A stretch of 64,000 nucleotides of DNA from Marsupella aquatica (taxonomy: Eukaryota > Plantae > Marchantiophyta), in NCBI GenBank assembly GCA_973895155.1, contig OZ316897.1:5039976-5103975 (forward strand), in the 5' to 3' direction. The notes under the pieces were generated by a model. That model did no database searches, was not told the DNA's origin, and saw only the letters and a program-made list of their open reading frames with translations. Positions within the stretch are counted from its first letter, which is position 1. Every line of letters starts with the position of its first letter. Position numbers and translations under genes: made by a program. Positions 36,601-47,855 of the stretch are shown piece by piece.

Positions 36601-37767
36601 GTGAAGTGGATTATCAGGTACTTGAAGGGTACCGTGGATCATGGTCTTTTATTTGATGCGAATGCAAAGAATGCTAGATCATTGATTGGCTATGTAGATT
36701 CTGACTATGGACAAGATTTGGACTGAAGGAGATCAACAACAGGATACGTGTTCACACTTGGCGGTGGATGCATAAGTTGGAGGTCTACTTTGCAGAAGTG
36801 TATTGCTCAGTCTACTACAGAAGCGGAGTATGTTGCAGCTGCGGAAGCAGCAAAGGAAGCGATTTGGTTGGATAGACTTATCACTGAAATGGGATTGCCA
36901 CAGGGGAATGTGAAGCTCCATTGTGATAGTCAAAGTGCGCTCCACCTTGCTGTGAACCAGGTGATGGACAGCAGAGTGAAGCACATTGACGTCAGGTACC
37001 ATTTTATCAGGCAGGCTGTGTCTGATAATTTGTTTGAGCTAGTCAAGATTGATGGTAAACTCAACCCGGCTGACGCATTTACCAAAGTGATTCCTTTGGA
37101 GAGTTTCTCTAGACACCGTGACGTATTGCAGGTTTTGCAATTGCATCACAAGTAGAGTTTTCTTAAACATTCATTGTAATTACTGATATATGCTCTTCCT
37201 CATTCCTATGTATTAGGCTACGGCTTAGTTCTGGTTTGCTCTAGTTAGAGAGGGAAACCGGTTTGGTTTCTGTCCAGAACTTCCCGCTGAGGGATCATAT
37301 ACATTGGCAGTATTACTCTCCCCTAGACCAGAGTCAAGGGGAAGATTGTTGGGTATTTACTCTTACGTCTAGGTTAGGTATGACGTGGTTGGTACAACAA
37401 CGTGGGTTGGTACAACTACGTGGTTAGGTACAACTACATGATTAGGTACAACTATGTGGTTAGGTACAACTACGTGATTAGGTACAACTATGTGGTTAGG
37501 TACAACTAAGTTGCACACTATATCATAAGAGGCATGTGTGCTTGGAGAGGTAGAACCAAGGCTCATTGTTATGGAGCCACTTGAGAGATAGGGAGAGCTT
37601 ACACTGTGGAGACTCGGTATAGCCGACGGGCTTAGAGTTCAGTAAAGCTCTCTTGTGTGTTCCCGTGGACGTAGCCTCAAGGAGGTGAACCACGTATCTC
37701 TTGTGTCGACTATTGTGCGTTGGATGGTTCATGGGCTTGCCGTTGCGATCGTCGTCTATGCTCAACA
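33644..37767 (+). mobile_element. Ty1/Copia element (Tnt1/Tork-like), internally deleted, inserted into the DNMT
   Basis: LTRs 33644-34026 and 37347-37767, TSD GAAGC (33639-33643 and 37768-37772), PPT AAGGGGAAGA 37336-37345. Confidence 0.95.
34027..37155 (+). pseudogene. Copia pol (end of protease, integrase, RT, RNase H) with a frameshift at ~36080 and a stop at 36724
   Basis: WHSRLGH, CEHCILGK, HSDVWG, SDNGGEY, QNGVAER, YKARLVAKG, YVDDM, YVDSD, ADAFTK. Confidence 0.93.
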
Positions 37768-38115
37768 GAAGCGAGCATTTGATAGCATTCCTTGCTCAAC
37801 AGCCTTGGTGGTGGATGATATTTTGGATCCAGGGCGTCGTGCACAAGGGCGTCGTGCACAAGGTGTGACCTAGCCTGACAGACCTCCAATGGCAGTGGTC
37901 AATGTAGTTGGTCGCCCATGTTGTGCATTACCCACTTTTGTGAGCCATTCTACTTCACACGCATTTAGAGCAGGTGGGCCTGGACTTGTCTGGGATACAA
38001 CTCTACAGCAGTTAGTGGAATCTACTGCTAATGAAAGAGAGCATGCTATGGGATTTTTGAAAGGCACTACTGCAGTTGCCTCTGTGTTAGAGAGTTCACG
38101 CCGCCAGGTCCTTGG

Positions 38116-38412
38116 CTCGGGGGTTTCACTTCCACAAAAATGGCATATCACGTGCGACGAAGGATAGGGTCATTTTATTGGTTCTAAGGGAAGACTTAAG
38201 AATTTTTGTAGAAGAACAATAGGGTCTTTTAAATTCAATTTTGAGACTTATAAGAACATTAGGGTCCTTTTAATCCAATTTTTAGAATATTCCAAGAATA
38301 TTCCAACTTTATAGGGGTTAATAAATAAATTTTTTTTCTTACATTTTAGGGGGTCCGAGGCCTAAAAACGTCGCAGGCGATGGGGAGGTCCCCATATAGT
38401 GAGACCCCTGAG
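38116..38412. mobile_element. MITE (297 bp), hAT-like by its 8-bp TSD
   Basis: TIRs CTCGGGGGTTTCACT and AGTGAGACCCCTGAG (13/15 match); TSD GTCCTTGG at 38108-38115 and 38413-38420; AT-rich interior. Confidence 0.82.
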
Positions 38413-38689
38413 GTCCTTGGTCAAGCCATGGATTTGAATTGCTTGACTTGGATTATCAGCTTGGGATTAGCTGAACAATTGCGGATGCGCTCTTTTGGTG
38501 TTACTGATCGTCCATTGGTGAGCTTGCGGCCTACTAAGATAGTAGCGACCACAGCTGGGGGCAAGTAGACAGTCCATGGACTTATGGCAGGATTGGCCAA
38601 GGCATGACAGATTGTTGAGCAGGTTGAGACTGCTCAAATTGCTGCTAAATAGCAACCACCGACTCTCTCTTCAACCCCAAAGGAAGACA

Positions 38690-40766
38690 TCACAGCTTTG
38701 ATGGAGAGTTGGGAGCCACAAATTGGCCCTAAGTTGACAGGGGGTGAGAGACATCAAATGCATCAATTCTTAAAGAGTTACTGGAATTGTTTTGCATTTA
38801 GCATGAAGGATTTGGGAACATTGAAGGGCCATGGTATTCAGATTGAATTGGCTAGTGATGCGCCAATCTTTTGACTACCATACCAATATAGTGATATGGA
38901 GAGGGCGTTGATCCGGAGAAGCTGGTTTGGTGGAGATTTCATACAGGGAGTATGCATCTGCCACAGTGATGCTAGCCAAGAAGGATGTGCATGGCAATTA
39001 CACGGATAGGCAAATGTGCAATGATTACCGGCCTATTAATCGTCAGATGAAATCTGATTGATATGCCATGCCCACACCGGAGGAGATCTTTGATGCAGTG
39101 GGGCATGCAAGGATTTTTAGTTCGTTGGACCTCAAGGCGGGGTACCATCAGTTGCCAATTAGGCATTCTGATAGGTCCAAGACATCATTCTGGGGGATTG
39201 ATTCTTATTGCAAAGATTGTTTGTATCAGTGATTGTTCTTACCATATATTTGGGTTGAAGAATGCACCAGCTGAGTTCCAGAGAGTCATGGATTGAATCC
39301 TTGCAGGTTTGGATTTTGTCAAATGTTATATTGATGATATTTTGGTTTATTCTTCTACTGTGGAAGAACATCGTAGACACTTGTAGATTGTGTTTGAGAG
39401 ATTGAGGGAACATGGATTGAAGCTCCATCCCGGCAAGTGTAAGTTCTTTCAAGAGAAGATTGAGTATTTGGGCCACGCTATCTACCCAGGAGGATTGGGT
39501 GTGCAACAGACTAAGGTGGAGGCCATTACACAGATTCCTTGTCCTACTGATGTGAGCAGAGTTCGTGCATTCTTGGGATTGGCGAGCTACTATAGGAGGT
39601 ATGTTAAAGGATTTAGCCAACTTGCTAAACCTTTAACTATACTCACTTAAGTTGGATCAGGAGTGGATCTGGGGAGACGACCAAGAGCATGCTTTCCAAG
39701 AGTTGAAGGAAAGACTGGCGTCAACACCTATTTTGAGAAGACCCATTTCAGGGCGACCATTTCAGCTTCACACTGATTGGAGTGGAGTAGGACTTGGAGC
39801 AATGTTGACTTAGAGGGATGATGAGGGGAATGACTTTGTTGTGGCGTATGCCACTAGATCCAACAATTCAGCAGAGGCCAAGTATAGCTCTTATGAGGGA
39901 GAGTATTTGGCAACAGTGTGGGCTGTGGCACATTTCCGTTGCTACTTGTTTGGTAATTTGTTCACCTTGATCACTGATCATCAACCTCTCAAGTGGTTAA
40001 TGGAGTCTGACAAGCTTAGAGGGAAGCTTGCACGATGGGCATTGTTGTTGCAGGAGTATGATTTTCAGGTTGTGCATAGACCTGGAAAAGTGAATTTGGA
40101 TGCGGATGGGCTGAGCCGCAATCCATGTACCAGTCAAGAGGATGAGACAGGAGAGCATGGCATGATGAGACAGATAAGGAGATGGTGCCAGGATGGCATG
40201 CATCTGCCTTCCTTTGTTGGGTGCCAGTATGTAGATAGTGGATCTGTAGACTCTACTTCATTGGATGGAGTAGACGATGAGTCTTCAGATATGGATGTTG
40301 GTGATGTAGTTTTTGGACAGCAAGATATTCACAACAATGTGAGAGTGTTGGAATATCTGCGTGGTGGCTCCATTGGTGGCAATGTTGATGCTAAGGAGCG
40401 TGATAGGGTTCTACAACAAGCCAAGAGATTTCGATGGGATGGAAACCATCTTTTGAGGGTACTACGTGATGGGAAGGTGTTGGTTGTACCAAAACCGTCA
40501 CAATGAGTACATTTGGTGCGACATGCGCACAAAGAGTTAGGGCACTTTGGTGTGAAGTGCACTTATAGCTTGTTGCAGACACAGTATTGGTGGTGTGGTA
40601 TGCACACTGATGTCCAACAACTGATAGCTAAGTGTGTGGTTTGTGATCGAGTGCGAGCATCGTTCAATGCTCCCACTCCCCAGTTGCATCCGTTGCCGAT
40701 CATGGGTTTGGGATATCGATGGAGTTTGGACTTTGCTGGTCCATTGCCTCTTACCCAACATCATAA
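38690..40766 (+). pseudogene. Family B RT, RNase H and N-terminal integrase, with many stops and frameshifts
   Basis: DYRPIN, LDLKAGYHQ, FGLKNAP, YIDD, RAFLGLASYYRR, LHTDWS, ITDHQPL, HKELGHFG, CVVC, WSLDFAGPLP. Confidence 0.9.
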
Positions 40767-41681
40767 AACACGATTTTGGACCGACCGAGAAGTGTGTCGG
40801 AGTTCTCGTTTAGCCCGATCCCGTTTTTTTTCTAAGGCAATGCAATGACCGATAAAACTGGCAAAAACTCTCCGAAACGCCACTTTCCTCCATTGCATCG
40901 CCGCGGGAATGCAGGGAGCGATACGTGCATCGGGTTTTACATTCCGTCAATGAAAAAGTCCGAACTACGAGTAACTTGGTCCAAACCGCGTAATCCAGGA
41001 ACGACCACGTACTAACCCAGGTAAAAGGGGAAATTAACCATGGTTAAGGGGAAATTAACCATGGTTTAGAGCGTCTCCTATATAAAGAGGAGCGGGCTGC
41101 CCATAAAATGTTTGCTTTCGCCAGAGCAAATATCTCCTGACTGAGAGCGAATACCAAACTCCCATCAAGTCTTACATTCCTCCCAAGCGATTCGACTCTT
41201 TCTACCGAAAACCCGATAAATTTATAGGAACAACCATTCCTGTTCAAGTTCTCCATGTAAGACTAACTAGTCATTTAGTGTAAAATGTCCAGATCCGAGC
41301 GGACTGCGATAAATTTATCGCATTTTGCATTCCTCTATTGCAATCATTTGATCCAGTGTGTTTAGAGAGGTGTTGCCTTCATTTCGATAAATTTATCGGA
41401 GTCTCCATTCCTTTCATGGAAAGAGGAGTAATTGAGAATCCGATAAATTTATCGGAATTGTCATTTTTGTGAAAGATTGAATTCAGGGCTTAGGTGTTTG
41501 AGGAAGTCATATTTTCAATTCGAATGCGGAGTGCGATAAACTTATCGCATCCTCCTGTGAGAATCATTTTCCTTTGTTTTGTTTGGAGACTCATCTTCAT
41601 CTCTGATGTCGCAGTGTTGCCAGGTTTAGGAGGCACAACGGAAGGTCGATTGCACTCCGTGGACAACAGGTATTGTGACAA

Positions 41682-41954
41682 ATGGCTGTCTTCCTTGAAA
41701 ATCATGTCAAACGTGCACACCGGTTGTACAAGAGACTCGTGCGACTCAAAGTTCTCCCCATCGGTATAGGAGCATTGTGGATGGGTGGTACTGATCCTGG
41801 AGATAGGCAGAATCCTCTCCGCATTGAATTCTGCGAAATGAATGATACAGGAGTTCCAATTCATTCGAGGTTGATGTTAACGGCGTGTTTACATTCTTTG
41901 GAGTTTTCTTGTAACTATTGTTGTCGTCGTCTTGATAACAAGTACCACAAATAG
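41682..41954 (+). CDS. Small unknown cargo ORF in the Sola element
   Basis: ATG-initiated 90-aa ORF downstream of the first palindrome cluster; no family recognised. Confidence 0.3.
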   Translation: MAVFLENHVKRAHRLYKRLVRLKVLPIGIGALWMGGTDPGDRQNPLRIEFCEMNDTGVPIHSRLMLTACLHSLEFSCNYCCRRLDNKYHK

Positions 41955-42199
41955 GCTCACTTCTGTTGTAAGATTTGGAACGAAGACCCTTGGGTGAACC
42001 TTTCACGATGAGTGTTTCGACCTTTTCATTGAGGCGCATCTTGGAAGGACATATTTAAATAAACAAGTCCTACCCTTGCGCAGCGAATATAATATGTCAC
42101 GAGTCCTAATCGTTAAACTGTCGTGCAGGGTTGGTACTATGTTTGGTTACACCTGGTGATTGAAGATATTTTTATTGGTGGTTTTGGTAGCTCTGCTTC

Positions 42200-42748
42200 A
42201 TGGCTGCATCGGAGAATCTAATCGTTGCAAAGATGGGATCCGTTTTAGCCCACGAGCGTAGGAAATATATTCGAGGAAAAGTGCCCGGTGTGGAATGCGG
42301 AAGTTTGTTGAATGGACTTCCCGATGAACTCGTTGAATCTCACATTTGGCCCCTCCTAGCCTTGTCTTGCACACAAGATGAACACCTTGGCCTTGACCTA
42401 AAACTTCTACCATAAGAACGACTGACTCGAATGAGAACAATCATTTGTCTTGGAGCCACCTCGAAGAAATGGAACCATCTTGTTGTTGGTACACGATTTT
42501 GGGCGCTATTGAAATATGCAGTCCGTGAGATCAATGACATAAACAAAATGCTCGCAAGCATTCCTAATGCCGTCCTTCTCTCAAACCTACATATTGCTAG
42601 GGTCTTCCGAGAGGAAACTCATTTCCTCCCTCCCATAGATATGCTTGGGTGCTTCTCGTATGACCGATTAGATGCGTTTCTTAGAGTTTGGGTGAATCTT
42701 GGAGAAAGCGGGAAGCGGACAATTCTTGCATGGCATGGACGAGTCTGA
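42200..42748 (+). pseudogene. F-box-like cargo protein with one in-frame stop at 42413
   Basis: LLNGLPDELVESHIWPLL...LGATSKKWNHLV resembles a plant F-box motif; the two ORFs are in the same frame. Confidence 0.6.
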
Positions 42749-43040
42749 GTGGATGAGGCATTGCAGCGAACATCCGATAAATTTATCGCACCCCTCATTC
42801 CTCTAGTCGATTTTGGGTGCTTGTAAAGAAACACTTTGAATATAATTGACTCTGCCTCCCCTGACTTCGGGTTGTGTGGTCCAGAGTGTATTTTTTTGCG
42901 CCTCTTCGGATGATTAGCTGACAAGTGCATTGGCTTCACAGCCCGTTATACAAGGTACTGTAAAGTTGGATGAAACTTGTAGAATTGTAATTAGTATGTT
43001 CTCCAAAATTTATTCCTGATTTCTATTCGGTGATCAGGCC

Positions 43041-43753
43041 ATGCTCGAGCGACGCATTTTTGTACCCTTCCCGGATCCTCCAGAATGGGGGAATGGAGCC
43101 ATGCTGGACCAGCTAAGGAGGCTGGATGAGTCACTAATTTTAAAGATATGCAGGCTGGTAGTAAAACCGTTTTACCATAACGCATTTCACTTCTACGTAG
43201 ATCAGGTAGGGGGAGAAATTTATATTCGGTGGGATAGATATGTTGGATTTTCTAGAAGAGTTATCCTACTCTTTCTGAAAACCGGTGCAGTAAGACGTTT
43301 TATACTCCACTGCTGTCATGTTGTGAAGGGCAATCCTGCTTATGAGCCAGAATTCTATGCCGACAACGGACGTAGAGCATTCGATGAGATTCAGGATGTG
43401 ATTGACGAGCTGGACAATCCTCTTGCCACCGAGTTTTTTATTGACACTGGTGGGAAACTATATTCATACAAGATTCGTCAACTCCCCCCCAGCCGGTCTG
43501 TGGGCTCTTTAACTTGATCTATGCAAGTTGCCTGTGGACGAACGTCCTTGCCAATGGTGAGATCTGTCCATGCTGCACGAATGCTTGTTGTGACATTCCG
43601 TCACGCCGGTATTCAATAGCAGTAGTGAATCCTGAGACTGGTGAAGTTGATTTCCATTGGCTGTGGGCTTATGATCATCGCGTCACTCACATTCCCCAAT
43701 GGCCCAAGAAGCGGATCGAACGCTTCGCTCTGGCGAGGTTCAACTATGATTAG
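43041..43753 (+). pseudogene. Unknown cargo gene (158-aa ORF plus a Cys-rich tail in another frame)
   Basis: ORFs 43041-43517 and 43514-43753; a C7 run near 43484 is a likely slip site; bracketed by palindromes. Confidence 0.4.
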
Positions 43754-43973
43754 GGTTTAGGTTTAGGGGTTAAGGTTTTGGATTTAGGGTTCCGTAGCTG
43801 ATTCTTCGACCTGTACAATCGGCCGTCAATTTAAAGAAGGCTCACTTTTGCGATAATTTTATCGGTCTCTTTGTCCTTGTGTGATGAGATGTCGTGTCCA
43901 CATGTGCTGTGAGATTGGCGGCGATAATTTTATCGCTCTTTGCATTGGAATTTGTTTATTTGCAGACTTTTCC

Positions 43974-46900
43974 ATGGCTGCTCGTGGAAAGAGTGGATCT
44001 ACTGAGGCAGAAAGTCTCATGACAAGCCTCACCAATGCAATTTGGACAAGTGAAGACATTTGTGAAGAGATCAAGTGTATCAAGAAGTCATGGTACTTCC
44101 GTGACGCCAGATTACAGTCCACGGGTTTTGAAGACTGTGTTACCCCAATCCTTTGGGTCCAGTTGCAAAAATCGGCGAAGGTTAATGTTTCGTATGGCCC
44201 TGTCATTGCTGTTGCCGTCGTCGAGTTCATGGTTGGCCACAGGGAGGGAAAAGTGTTGACAGAGGGCCTTAGTTTCTTGACAATGTGTGGGCGCAAGGGT
44301 TTCACATCTCTCATTGTTACTCTCGATAACTTTGATGAGAAATCGATGGACAGTTATCCAGAAGATCCCCTTGTTGCCGATGTTCGGGCAGCAAGAGAGA
44401 TGAATGTTATGGGTTCGGCTTGGATCGGCCAGTATGTGCAAGATTGTGATGCCATCATGCTTCCAAGGGTGAACGTAGAGTACAAGAGACTTGTGGGTGA
44501 AGAGTTCAAACCTGTCCGCAAAATTGTTTTCAAGAAACCAGGTTCAAGTGGAAGCGGTGGTTCTAATGCCGATAAAATATTGGGGCGGAAAGAACCATTG
44601 CAATCCTCTACACATATTGACGTGGACGAACCTACAACTTCTGGTCGGGTTTCGGGAAGTGGAAAAGGGAAAGGGAGAGGTAGCGGCAGGGGAGATGCCG
44701 CGGGAACCTCTGACGGTGGGAAGAAGAGCCAGGAAACTGGCGGTAGTGGGAGAGGCTGGGGCAACCATCGAGGACCATCCGTTAAACCAAGCGAAAGTAA
44801 AGGATCCGAGGGATCCGGGCCATCTGGTTCTGGACTTAGCACAAAGAGGAAGAGGACTGGCTGGACTGAGACGGTGGCTGCAGAAGTAGATAGAGCTCCG
44901 TCAATTCCATCAGTTCCAGTCGCGGTTCCTACGGCGCCATTGGTAAGTACTACGTCGTTGTACTGTTTAACAAACACGAAATCCGATAAAAATCTCGCTG
45001 TTTATTTCCTGAATTGCGGATTGTGGAGTTATGTTGAACAAATGCGAACTCCGATAAAAATCTCGCAGTTTCTTTCCTTAATTGAATTTGCAACGCTTTT
45101 GGAGGTTGATCAGGAGGAGGAGACGGCTCTTTCGATGTATGAGACGGATGCGATCAAGGCAGAGCTCAGTCTTCTGATGCAACGAAGGGTGCAAAGGACA
45201 ACTGTGCTTCTACATGTCGATAATCTCATATTTGATGAGGAGGGGGATTTGACAACTTTGATTAGACCAGTGGATAGATTGCATGTGGAAAATATCAAGA
45301 TACTTCTCATGAAAAACCCCACCAACTTCAGTGCCCCGTTCGTGCTGTGTGTGGATCCGAAGGATTGTCCCACAACCGCAGATTGGGACATTCTGAAGTC
45401 AAGGGTATGGAAGTATAGAATTATTGGAGGGAATCATGGTGTTCGGGCAAAGTCCGAGTTGTTTAAAATGTACGGGAAGCAAATATATGGTGAGCTGGAA
45501 GCTTGGGTTTACGAGATCCGAGGTCCGAAAGTTAGGCTTCCAGCATAACTATGACCAGGAGTATCGGAAGAACATGACTAAAATTGACCAAGTTCGCGCT
45601 TGTCACAATATTTTCCTTGAAATGGGTGTGGGCTCGACTAAAGATGTTCGCGAAGCATGTTGTCAAGAATGCATGATGGAGTACACGCCATGAGTTCGTG
45701 ACTCCATGGCCAAACATGATCCGGCTTTCCAAATTGCTTTCCGAACAGGTGAAATTTGGGATCTTCAGGAGCAGATTTTCCAGATGTGGGAGAAAGGTAT
45801 TGTCTTAGGACAACCCAAAAAAATTGTGGCAACGACGAACGCAAAGGGAAAGGTGAAACCTTTGACAGTAAGGGAGATTAAAATGAATAAACTTGCTGGT
45901 GACCTCAACTTAAATTCATTTCGAGGTCTCCAAGGACTGTCAAATAAGGAGCATGTCAAGCGTCTCTTGAATAGGGTTATCGGGAAGGTGATCACTTTGG
46001 ATCAAATGCACAAGGAAGGTGAGAAGTTGAAAAAGCTTGCCAAGGTGAAGAAACTATTTTTGCAGATATTTGGTCAGCCAGATTGGGCAACATGCAGAGA
46101 AATGTTTCCCAACGAAACAGATGTCTCGGTCCTTGGCATATGGGCGGAGAAATTGAGTGACGCGGTAAGCATTCCTCTCACAGCATGCTCTATCGCGAGA
46201 TTTTTATCGGCTTTAGCATTCCTTTGTTGGTTTCTAAGCGATTGCATCTATCAGCTAGCGTGCTCCATCGCGAGATTTTTATCGGCTTTAGCATTCCTTT
46301 GTTGGTTTCTAAGCGATTCCATTTATTGGCTAGCGTGCTCCATCGCGAGATTTTTATCGGCCTTAGCATTCATCTCACGCTATTCTAACTGTAGATGTGT
46401 CTGACATTCTTACAGCTGAAGATTAATTCAAAAAGGAAAAGCAAAGTGGTTCCGGCTGTCACTTATAATTCTGCGGGGGAGGTTATTGTTCCCTCAGCTG
46501 AAATCCCTTATGTGTTTAAGAATTTGTGCTTGCTACAATCGATAAGTACAATCGGCTGAGGTCCTTAGGCGAGGGCACAGCAGAAGCGTTTGAACAAACA
46601 TGGAAAAATGCAGACGGGGATTCTTTTCCCTACTATCTCCATGTTGGTGATGTTCGAATTTTGGATTCTTTTGTTCAGCCAAGGGCTTACACCCTTGCGG
46701 TTGCGGATATTCCGTATGGTTTTAATGCTCCTGGTTCGGAGTTTGATGAAGTGGCCTTCACAGAAAAGGACATTTTAGACATGTTGACAAGTTTCTCAAA
46801 GATGACGACCGCTAAGCAGTGGAGGTTTGTTGTGATCCATTCACTACAACAAACGCATATGGTGATGTCTGCACTGGAGAGTGTATGCAACTATGGGGTC

Positions 46901-47527
46901 GAGGCTGGAATCTGGGAGAAGACTAACATTCATGAGCGTCCCGCTGGAGCTCGATTGGCGTGGGGTTTTGAGAACTGGTCGATAGGTTTCTATAGCGAGG
47001 AAGGCATTCGGAACATGAACATGTACAATTTCCAACCGGATGAGTCTCGCGTCAATATCATCAAGGTTCCATGTGTAACCAAGAAGTCCGTTGATCCGTT
47101 GGGATTTGTTGTGAACCCATATCAGAAGCCTGTTGGTTTAGGGGCTTGGTTTGTTTCCCATTTCTCTGAGAAAGAGGATTGGGTTATTGATCTTTGTTGT
47201 GGAACCGGATCAATATTAGCTGCTACGCTCCTCAATTCTCGCCAGGGTTGTGCTGTTGATAAGAGTTCTGCGCAGATTGGTTTTGTAAAATCCCGGATCA
47301 TGATTCTGGAGTCAAACTGGAATTTATATGAAGAATCCCAGATTGAAGGGCACGGCGTTGACGGTCATGAGATTCAACCACCAATTGCAGGCCAATTGGG
47401 TGTACTCGGGACATCGACTTACGTAGTTGAGGTCGTGAAGGAGACCGAAGAGGAACAAGAAGAAACTGAGGAAGAGCCTCCCAGAACACCAAATGAGGAT
47501 GATCTCAACGACATGTTATTAGATTAG
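43974..47527 (+). pseudogene. Spliced gene: N-terminal domain, G/S-rich linker, ParB/Srx-like domain, helical region, beta-class N4C/N6A DNA methyltransferase, acidic tail
   Basis: ParB-like LIRPVDRLHVENIK...APFVLCV...YRIIGGNHGVRA; MTase LHVGDV, VADIPYG, IWEK, QKP, VIDLCCGTGS; introns ~44943-45110 and 46165-46415; frameshifts at ~45515 and ~46525, stop at 45691. Confidence 0.8.
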
Positions 47528-47855
47528 TTGCGTGTGCTCGTTAGGATAATGTCAATCACCAATGAAGTTGTCGATAAATTTATCGACTTCTGTATTCCAT
47601 GAGGAAGAACCTTTGTCACATTTATTAATGCGATAAATTTATCGGACTTTGCATATATCGGACTGTCGTGGTATTCCTGCTGGGGGAATGGAGTTGTCGA
47701 TAATCTTATCGGACAACATTGTATTCTCTAACTGGTTTGTCATTGCAATTATTTAAAAAAAAAGATATCATTATAGCTTCGGAGTACATAGTCCCAGAAC
47801 GATAACCACTGTACATATTCATGGGAATGATAACCATTATAACTTAAACCTGAAA

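Larger units (their letters stand above)
32990..38568 (+). pseudogene. C5 cytosine DNA methyltransferase inside Gypsy pol, in three pieces (~32990-33643, 37773-38115, 38421-38568)
   Basis: Motif I LDLFGGI, II YVEID, GDI, IV IAGWPCQG, DPRSALF, VI LENV, VIII AHRPRLWW, IX EREHAMGF, X VLG|QAMD. Confidence 0.92.

Noticed and set aside
43751-43792. TTTAGGG-like run (also TAGCGG repeats at ~3938-3972) as interstitial telomere
   Set aside because: Only a few degenerate units; telo-box-like tracts are common in plant TEs.
43974-47527. Bacterial or phage contamination as the source of the ParB-MTase
   Set aside because: The gene has GT-AG introns and lies in a TIR/TSD-bounded element whose removal restores a plant Gypsy integrase frame.
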